A stretch of DNA of 64,000 nt, taken from positions 86,120,001 through 86,184,000 of the forward strand of contig NC_045696.1 in the NCBI RefSeq assembly GCF_009834535.1. The letters are read 5' to 3'. Source of the DNA: Camelus ferus (taxonomy: Eukaryota). The notes beneath the pieces are model-generated. The model did not search any database. It worked only from the letters and a program-made list of their open reading frames with translations, and had not been told where the DNA came from. Positions 55,147 to 64,000 of this stretch are shown here, piece after piece. The translations under genes and the position numbers were made by a program. The first letter of the stretch is position 1. Every line of letters begins with the position of its first letter.

Positions 55147-56653
55147 GGAATTTCATCTGAAAAAATTCTGACCCTAGAATTTCTTGGTGACATTCCATTA
55201 ATACCACCTTAAGGCTGAAACTGAACATCTGTTCCCCAAGATCAAAATGGAGCATGGTTAGGGTTTTGGCCACCATAAACTTAGAGAAAAAGGACTTGTG
55301 AATCTATGTGTGTGCTTATATGGAGTGTTATGATTTCAATTACTTAATTACTTTTGTGGAGAAAATTACTTTTCAGTAGAAAATTATACATTTTCTATAG
55401 TATTCAGTATGGATTAATCAGATTCATTATCTTTGCAACTGTGTCCTGTGATATTAATTTAACTGTGCACACCCCCACCCCCAGTCCCGGTGGGAAGTCT
55501 GTTTTGTCTCCATTTGCAATTTATTCAAAATTTCTTTATTTCATATAAATATGTGCTATTTTGACTTTTCTTTTTAACTTGTTATAATTTCTGCCTGGTT
55601 TCTTGATATCATATGAGTAAAATTAATTCCTCATTTTTATATCTGTATAGGCATCATAATTTTACCTTTTCCTGAAAATTACCTTTTAACATTTTTGAAA
55701 ATTTGCTTCATCATTTTGTAATACCATGAGTTGATGTTATTTTATTTCAATATTTGGGACTTCTTTAGCTGCAAAAGTTGGTTCAAAAGAAGCATACCTT
55801 TAGATGGAAGAATCTGATTGTTGGCTATCTTAAGTTATAATATTTAATTTTTAATCTGATCCATAAATTATTTAAAAATTTTATTGAATTCCAGCTAGTA
55901 AATTTTTGTGTCCATTGCTTCGAATCAGTTGATCTCACAAACTAAATAGATAATTAGCATTTCCATATTTTTGAGAAAATCAAAATCAACTGAACTTTTC
56001 TTTTGTAAGACCTTTACACAGATTAGAGACTTTCATTTAAATTTTTTTAACTTTATGAGAGTTTTATAGGTGACTTTTTTTCATATGAAAATCAGACTTA
56101 TGGAAACACTTCTAAATATTTTTTATAAGGTTCCCCAATAAAATGATCAAATACAATTGGTATTTCCATTTCAGGTAATGGCAGAAAAGTAATTTAGACT
56201 AGCCCTTTCACTGAGAACAACCAGCAGTGGTAGAATAAGGTTTCAGAAAGGTAAACAAAGACGCACTTTGTAGTCTAAAAAAAAAAAACAAAGTAAGCAC
56301 TGACAGTGTTTAACTATCAAGCTAATAGTGGACAAAAAAAAAAATGAGTAACAATAAAATATACCATGAAAAATTCAAAATCTAAAAGAAGGAAAATGAA
56401 GTAAGGCTTGGCGGAGTAGCAGAACCACATCAGGAGTCTCAGAAAAGAGAATAAAAGTGAAAAGGATAGAATGGATGGGATCAGACAGAGAACAGATTCA
56501 TACTTCCTCAAGAATTTGATTACTGTAATAATAAATGTTTTTAAGTTGAATGGAAAGATTATCTAAAACACTGACCCCTCATACAGAGATTTTCAGTTAG
56601 TTCCAGTTCTAGCAGATAAATAGATGATACATGTAGCCTGCCTAGGGCTTAGG

Positions 56654-56806
56654 TTTCTTTTTCTTATCTTTTCCTTTTTCTTTTCTTTTCTTTCCTTTCC
56701 TTTCATTTCCTTTTCCTTTTCCTTTCTTTTCCTTCCCTTTCTTTTCCTTTCCTCCCTTTCTTTCTCTTTCTTTCTTTCTTTCCTTCTTTCCTTCTCTTTC
56801 TTTCTT
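56654..56806. repeat. Polypyrimidine (TTTC/TTCC) low-complexity tract
   Basis: ~150 nt almost entirely C/T. Explains the F/S/L-rich ORF 56624-56878. Confidence 0.95.
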
Positions 56807-57086
56807 GGTGAGAACCTAGTCAGTTTCCTTTCTACTGCACAATTTCTTCATCTATTTCTACTCCCTGCCTGTTTCTGAGTTACTGCTCCATCCCTCATCT
56901 GATAATTGTTAGAAAGATGATTATTTCTATCTCTGAGTTTTGTAATCCTAATAATACTGTTTTTCTCTCTTTTCCTTCCTATAAAGTCAAGATATAAATG
57001 AGTGGATCTACAGTGTTTATCTCATGGAAAATAGTCATCAAAGAATTGTAGAACAGTGAGAAAGCAGAATGCAGCACCTTGCTTAC

Positions 57087-57343
57087 CCTCTAAGTGAAAT
57101 TTTTACTAATTAGAGTCCACAATAGGAGCTATAAGCTATTATATTTATTTGTCTTTCAATTCTCTTTAATAATCTGTCAAAACAGATTTGACAATGGATG
57201 CCACTGAGTATCGATCGGGAAACCATCAGTTTAAATTGGCAAAAATTTTACCCACAGGTCCAGTTAGAGAAAACATGTTTCCTTTTGAATGTAACTCTTA
57301 AAGCTTTGCAAGTATCTTATACTGTACCTGATTATCTGTACAA
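57087..57343 (-). pseudogene. Exon C, 257 nt, phase 2 start; one indel needed to end in phase 2
   Basis: cc(t)ncag| ... GAGG|gtaagc. Reads CTDNQVQYKILAKL*ELHSKGNMFSLTGPVGKIFANLN*WFPDRYSVASIVKSV, then after a frameshift RLLKRIERQINIIAYSSYCGL*LVKISLRG. Confidence 0.6.
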
Positions 57344-58777
57344 CTGAAAAAAAAAAAAAAGGTGGACTTAGTCTTATCTAAAATTACTGCTCAGACTGGA
57401 CAGAAATTTTTTGGCAAAAAAAAGTAAATAAAACAACAAAGCTAAAACTTTATCTCAGCATAGTTTTTGCAATACTCTATTAATGTATTTAAAGAAATAT
57501 TTAACAATTATGCATGCATGAAACTAATAGCTAATAAAAGATCAAATATTTATGACTTATAAGAAACAAAAGTTATAGAAATCTTTTTATCATCATCATC
57601 ATTACTGTTATTGTTAATGTTGCTGATTAATATTTATGTTCTAAGTACCATGCTGTCCTATTATTAAAGGAACAACAGGAAGAAATTGCCTATTTTTATA
57701 TTCCCATAAAAAGACAGTCTTTTGTGTGTCTAAACCAAGTAACCAATTAAATTATATGTTCACTAATTTGGACTTAAATATATTTAAATAATAAATATAA
57801 CCTGTCAGAGTGAAAACAGCAAAGGTTTTGGGAGTCCCATAGCCCACGTTTTGTGACAAGCTCAGATCACACATTTGTTCCATCATAGGCAAGATAGTTA
57901 ATAGTCTTTCACAGATAAAAGAAATTGTAGATAATAATATTGGGGATAATAAAGTTCCCATCTACTTATAAGGCTGCATAAAGGCTTAGTCATTAAAGTA
58001 TACTTAAAAGTATTTTACAAATAGAATGTAGAAATTAAATTTTATTTTATTTTTCTAGTGAATTCTAAGTTTATGCTAACTGAAAAAAAAGAAAAAAAAA
58101 AAAAGAAATGACTCTTACTGCTACATACGTTTTTGCATTATCAGCTAAGCCCAAAGCTGTGAATTTTTTTGTTTTCTTTTTCCTTGTCCCTAAATGTTAG
58201 TAACCAGCATTAGGTCTCACCTCATTAGTGATTTGACTATAAGGCCTTTCAATTACCTACTTCACATTATTATCTTTACCCCAGTGAAACATAATATTAA
58301 AAACAATGTAATATTTTAATATAAGACTGTTTTGAAGAAAATACTTTTATTACATGGCTGCACTTTTTATATAGCAAAATTAATGTGCTTTTGTGTGAAT
58401 ATTGTTGAGAAAGTCACTAAAACATTTTAGGGGTGGGTATTAATAATATGGTTAGAAGTAAAAATAAAAAATAAAAAAAAAATAGAAATAAAAGACCAGG
58501 AGGCAGTGTTCTGGATAATCTGCAAGAGAACTATGCTGGATTATAGGTCTACATAAGAAAGTTTGCAATAATCTATAAAAAAAAAACAAAGGTTGAACTA
58601 GGTAAGTAGAGATTTTAGAATTGGAAGATTTAGAATACAAACATATACCTAAAGAATAACTATTAGCACAAAACTTAGCTATATGAATATAACACTTTGT
58701 ATTTCATTCAAAGATTATTAATCTTTGACCTAAAAATACATTCAAAGATTATAAACATTCCAGAAGACAATAAGAAT

Positions 58778-58782
<5 letters not shown>

Positions 58783-58840
<58 letters not shown>
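58783..58840. repeat. (TA)~21 followed by a poly-T run
   Basis: Seen directly. Confidence 0.95.
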
Positions 58841-60477
58841 AAGAAAGAAGAAAAATGAGGTTTCACAAAAAGGGAATTTTTAAAAACTCAGGAATTCCTC
58901 TATTTTGAAAGATTAGCAACTTAGAATTCATTAAGGAAAATTCTCATGAGTGACTTTTAGTATTTTTTCTTCACTGAATCTTTTATCCTCTAAAACCTTC
59001 CTCAGCTGCTTAGATAAAGACTTAGCATCTGGAGAAACTTAAATCTGAAAATCAAATTACAGATTTGACTTTTGACTAAAAAAACTAAGTATGAAGTGAT
59101 TCATAGAATTCTATGTTCCATGACAAATTAAATAGTCTTAAGATACAGGCATATTTGTCATGAGGAGTTGAAAAACTGCTCAATTTTATATTCGTGGGTA
59201 AAGGTTAATGATCTTATTCAGTCTAAAGGATCATAGAAGCATAATACAATTATAAAAGGAATTACATATTAAATACTTATACCATTTACCTACCTACACT
59301 CAAATGTGTATCTCTACGTCATACCTATATCCATATCTATATCTCTGTATTTAGACAGTTAATTTGCAATTAATCTCTATGAGGCTAATGTTGTAGATGA
59401 GGAAACTGATGTTTCTAGGCTATGAACTTTTTCCAAAGTCATACAGTAATGAACGACAGAAGCATACTTTGAATCTTAGATGAGTTTGCTTTGGAAATCC
59501 TTCATTCATTCAGCACATTTGTTGCATGCCCTCCATGTCCTGAGTACTTTTTATTCTAGAGGTAAACTGGAGAAGAGGAGAAATCTGTCCCACCCAGCCT
59601 GCATGCCCCTTCTCTACCTAGTTTCCTGAAGACTGGTTAAAATGTGCTGTCCAATCTGCTTCCTCACTTGTTCTGGCAAGGGCACTCTCAGCCCTTGCCA
59701 CACAGACACCCGGCATTGCAGCTCGTGGCTGAGGCCTTTCCTCTTGATTCCCAGTTTACAGGTCCTTTTTACCACACCACAATCTGATAATGCAGGCCTT
59801 AGTGTGTTTTTAACGTTCTCTTAATTCACTTAGTATATAACTTAGGCTTCCAAACAGGTACATTTACTTTTCCAAGCCTCTAGGACACCCCTGTGCTGCC
59901 TCTGAAATGTGAGGAGAAATGCAGTTCCTACCTCATCGCAGCTGCCGTCACAAAGGATACAAATCACTGCTGTCAAATTGTCCTTGATGCAGCACTCATG
60001 GATTTTTAAGACACTTAGAATAAAGACATCACCCGTGCTGTGCTCAGTTAATTCTGCATGTATAGACAAGATGCCTTATAGAATCCAGGGATTAGTTTAC
60101 AGCTGGTTTAATTAAAGGACAGCACGTGTAGGAACAGAGTTCCTATTTGATTCACATAAAAAAAGAAGACACACAGCCAGTTAAAACATCACAGTATTGC
60201 CTGAAATCTCAGTATTATCTCTTGCAAATGAGACACAGTGAGGAAGAAACAACAAGCAAAACATTGCAAGTAAAGGATTTACTGACATTGGAAAAGGGAG
60301 TTGTAACAAACATTTCACAGTTATGCTTATTTGAACCTAACAACCAGCTTGAAATTCTTGGATATAGTAAAGAATATTAGTTATTAGAATATTTTAAGAA
60401 GAAAAGCAACTTTGAAAGCACACACCTGAAAAGTGATTCCATTTGTTTTTATTTCTATGTTGAACTCCCTCCCTTAC

Positions 60478-60641
60478 CCTGATAGCTTTGCAATTGTAAC
60501 ATTCACGGAGAACAAAATTGGCCATGAAGTTAAAATGAGATAGTGCATCTAAAAGGCCCACAGCTCCTACAGAACAGGTGTACACTTTATGTCAGAACTT
60601 TCACATTTTCTGTTATCATTAAAATTTGGTGATTTTTATAC
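60478..60641 (-). pseudogene. Exon B, 164 nt, phase 0>2
   Basis: tttgttcttgttag| ... CAGG|gtaagg. Reads V*KSPNFNDNRKCESSDIKCTPVL*ELWAF*MHYLILTSWPILFSVNVTIAKLSG. Confidence 0.55.
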
Positions 60642-61269
60642 CTAACAAGAACAAATTTGGTTCATCATGTTATAAAATTTCAAAGTAAGGGAAATGGAGC
60701 CACTTAAATAAAGAGAAACCACTAATCCTGGCGGTTTAAATCAAATTCTAACCTAAAGCAAAATATTGGCATATATTATACTCTGTGCAGAAAACATGAC
60801 TACTTCTCAGTAAGAATTCAGGGATGCAAGTATAGAAATTTAAATGTTTTGCTAGCAATTAAAAAAGTAGAAAAAAGAAAACATGATAGTTGCTATTATA
60901 ATAAATCAAAGCATATGTAAAAAAATGAAATATGTATATATAATGTAACAAAAATGTAATGACCTTTTCCATAAAGAGTATTTCAATTTTATGGCACCCA
61001 AGTTTACTTCACTTAAACATGGGTAAAGAGTAAAGGAATTCTTTTAAAATATACCAGTACTGGGACTAGGTAGCATTGATTCCTATAGTGAATCTTGACC
61101 TGTAAGTAGGTAGAAATATTGTATTCATTTTAGCATGTTTATGTAACTATAATGCTTGCACCTATTTTTTCTGATATGAGTTATAGATTACTTTAATTGT
61201 ATTTCCTAAAAAGATGAGCAATATTTCATATTTTTTCTTTCAGAGTTTTTTTTGGGTTTGGGTAGTTAG

Positions 61270-61620
61270 ATTCCTAGAGTTGCCATAACAAAATACCACA
61301 GACTGGGTGGTTAAACAGCAGGCACTTCTTGTCTGTAAGTTCTGGGTGCTGAACGCTCAGGGAAAGTTACCAGCAGGGTTAATTTCTCCTAAGGCTTCTT
61401 TCCTTGGCTTGAAGATGTCCACCTTCTTCCTGTATCCAGACATGGCCTTTTCTCATGGCCTTTTCATTCATCTCTGGTGTCTCTTTCTCTTCTTATAATG
61501 ACATCAGTCATATGGAATTAGGGCCCACCCTTTCTACTTTATTTAATCCTAATTACCTCTATCTCCAAATACAGTGACATTTGGGATTAGGCGAATTTTG
61601 AAGGGGACACAATTCAGTAC
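61270..61620 (-). mobile_element. MaLR LTR (MLT1B/C-like)
   Basis: gttgccataacaaaataccacagactgggtggttaaa...tctccaaatacagtgacatt...ggggacacaattcag. Confidence 0.85.
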
Positions 61621-61683
61621 CCCAGGACTCTCTTTCACTAGGAAAGGGAGGAGCAATTACATTTTAAAATGTTAATGGTTGGG

Positions 61684-63000
61684 TGTGCAGTAAAAGATTA
61701 TCCTTACTTAAAGAAAGGTTGGATCAGTAAAAGATTATCCTTACTTAAAGAAAGGTTGGATCCTTGACCAGATCCTGGGAGGTAACTTTTAAGCCCTTTT
61801 AATCTCCTGCCTACTAAGAGTGTCTTTGTTTACCAGAAGACCTTGGAATGTGCCAGAGAGTCCCGGATGCCGTTGTGATTAATGGTGGAGGCCTTGGACC
61901 ATGTGGTATCAACTTGACCTCTTGAGGGGCTGGAGAACTACAATACAAAGGAGTTTAGCCAAAATTGAAATTAAGGGCATAGTTTTCAAGACTGTCTAGT
62001 CTGCCCAAGTCTTCTGACCCAAATTGTAAGTTTAGGGCTTTCTCAGAACCATCTTTGGATCCAGTACTTTGCTAGCTTCACAGAACTCACTGAAAACTGT
62101 TATACTAATGGTCACATTTATTACAGGGAAAAGATACAAAGTAGAAATAATCAAAGGAAGAGACGAAAATGGAGAAATCTCCTCTGAGGGTTACAAATGC
62201 AGTTTCCACCCTTCTCCAGGATGCAGCACCATCTAGAATTAATGTGTGGCAATACGCATAGATTATTGACAACTCGGAAAGCTTACCCAAGCTTTAGTAT
62301 CGAGTTTGTTTATTGAGAGTTAATACATAGATATAATTGTTTGATTTGCTCAAGTGACTGAACTTAATCTAAAGCCCACTCCAACACCTTCCCCAGGTGA
62401 GATAGATGTCACAAGACCCAAAGCCTCAGCCCTCTAATCACATGATTGGTCTTTCTTCCCTGGTCAGCCCCCACCCTGACTCATCTTTTTCCCATAAACT
62501 ATTAGATGTGATCTAAGGGGCCCACCATGAGTAACAATGACACTCTTAGCACTCAGGAAATTACAAGAGTTTTAGAGGTTACTTCCTAGAAACCCAAACA
62601 AAGGCAAAACCTCTCTTTAGGGTACATATTCCTTGCAATACATAGACTGGCCACATGGGCAGTCAACCATGTCTAAGTGACCAACTCCTAATAAAAATCC
62701 TGGACCCCAAAACTCAAGTGAGTTTCCCTGATGGGCAATGCTCATTTCACATTGCCAAATATGGGGCTCAAAGGAGTAAGTACTGTCTGTCTGCACACTC
62801 CACTGGGAAGGACAACAGATAAATCCACACCTGGTCTTCCTGGACCCTGCCTTATGTATTCTTCCCTTTGATGATTTTAAACTGTATTATCTTATACATT
62901 TTTAATAAAATGTAATTTTGAATGTGATGGCTTTTCTGAATTCTGTGAGTTCTTTAAATGAGTCATTGAGCCAGAAGGTGGTCATGAGGACCTCCCAAAC
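61684..63000 (+). mobile_element. MER21-like ERVL LTR with a nested opposite-strand LTR (~61940-62642, MER77/MER21-like)
   Basis: cctgggaggtaactttaagccc-like motif, aataaaaatcctggacccc, gagttct...ttgagccagaaggtggtcatgaggacctccc; nested part has cacagaactcactgaaaactgttatact. Confidence 0.65.
61688..61761. repeat. Perfect 37-bp tandem duplication
   Basis: cagtaaaagattatccttacttaaagaaaggttggat x2. Confidence 0.95.
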
Positions 63001-63089
63001 AGAGCAGTGAACATGTGATCTGAGGTATGTCTTTCTCATGGCTTGATTTTGAGGATGGGGAAGAAGATGAGAACTATCACTGTACAGTG

Positions 63090-63416
63090 ATTCTTTTGGT
63101 TTATCTAGGAGTTATAGAAGCTATAATTCCACTAATTATTTTATTGTATCATGATGACACAGAAGGTAATTCATTGTCCTGAATGACAATGCAAACTCTC
63201 ATATTTCCCTTTTAGAAGTGATATAGGAGAACCAAATCAATCTGATAAACCTCCGAAGGTTTAGTTTTGGCAAACTGCGGATATTTGATTTGCTCACTGT
63301 CCAGTGAAATTTAATGACAACACACATTTTCTACCATTCCTTAGCAATAACAAGAACATTCGAGTCAGAGATATCAGGATTTTTCCTCATAGATATACCA
63401 AAGAATGTTTCCTAAA
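63090..63416 (-). pseudogene. Exon A remnant (Ig-like); donor not identified, so lower boundary is approximate
   Basis: Acceptor ttttctctctcctttcgtgtttatag. Reads ETFFGISMRKNPDISDSNVLVIAKEW*KMCVVIKFHWTV, then after a frame change DLVLLYHF*KGNMRVCIVIQDN: C, W and L-x-L...C spacing resembling an Ig fold. Confidence 0.5.
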
Positions 63417-64000
63417 CTATAAACACGAAAGGAGAGAGAAAATTTAAGCCTAACCTAAAAAATATGGTAGATGTGAAAACACAGACGATATTAATTTAGC
63501 TTCATCATATTATAAGTCCATATATCTATGTTATCTATAAATATACAAATAGGTACACATAAAATAGTGTTTGTTATAAATATATACATATAAGTAATAC
63601 CTTATACCTATACACACACCTTTTAAGCACTTCACATATATTGATTTATTTACTCCACACAATAATCCTATGCATTAAGCTCTATTATTATAAAGCTTAT
63701 AAAAATAAGCCTTGTTTTATAGAAAAGATAAACATAGAGGTTAAATAATTTATCTCATTATTTCATGATACACAGATTATTAAGTCATAATGTTGCAATT
63801 TAGTTTAAATCTTGCCAGCTTGGCCCCAGAGTATAAAATAACCATGTTATGGTGAAAAAATATACATATATATAATTTGTAAAAGCAGTAGCATGAAAAT
63901 TAAAAACAGGGCTCTGAATTCAGAGAAATGCTTGTTTGTAGTTGGAGCTAGGTGATTCTGAGGTATATGTTTTGGGAAATGATAACAACCTCACCATTTC

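Larger units (their letters stand above)
28119..63416 (-). pseudogene. Decayed multi-exon gene (putative unitary pseudogene) for a type I membrane protein with Ig/ZPBP-like and Cys-rich extracellular region; 5' end probably beyond the window
   Basis: About 12 non-repeat segments bounded by polypyrimidine-AG acceptors and GT donors on the minus strand. Phases chain 0>2>2(one indel needed)>0>1>1>0>0>2>0>1. Many in-frame stops. Domain calls are by eye. Confidence 0.65.

Noticed and set aside
56624..56878. F/S/L-rich 84-aa ORF that looks membrane-like
   Set aside because: Translation of a TTTC low-complexity tract.

Overview
AT-rich mammalian genomic DNA, most likely camelid (Vicugna/Camelus). 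That call rests on a tRNA-derived Vic-1-type SINE at 17.4-17.5 kb and a camelid-type L1 3' UTR at 10.1-10.9 kb. No intact protein-coding gene is visible. The ORF track is mostly chance ORFs, L1/ERVL remnants and an RPS20 retrocopy. Much of the window is interspersed repeat (L1, L2, MIR, MaLR/ERVL/ERV1 LTRs, hAT and Tigger DNA transposons). Repeat family names come from recalled consensus sequences, not a search, and most repeat boundaries are approximate. The main hidden signal is a decayed multi-exon gene on the minus strand, ~63.4 kb down to ~28.1 kb, with about 12 exon-like segments in non-repeat sequence. They carry canonical AG/GT signals and their phases chain together. The spliced product reads like a type I membrane protein: Ig-like and ZPBP/sp38-like segments, a Cys-rich GCC2/GCC3-like motif, a hydrophobic stretch, and a micro-exon tail ending in a YxxL motif. 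It has many in-frame stops, so it is most plausibly an unannotated unitary pseudogene, perhaps still spliced as a lncRNA. A second oddity is an RPS20 cDNA that is complete at its 5' TOP end but lacks its 3' end, poly(A) and TSDs, and sits inside an L1 5' UTR.
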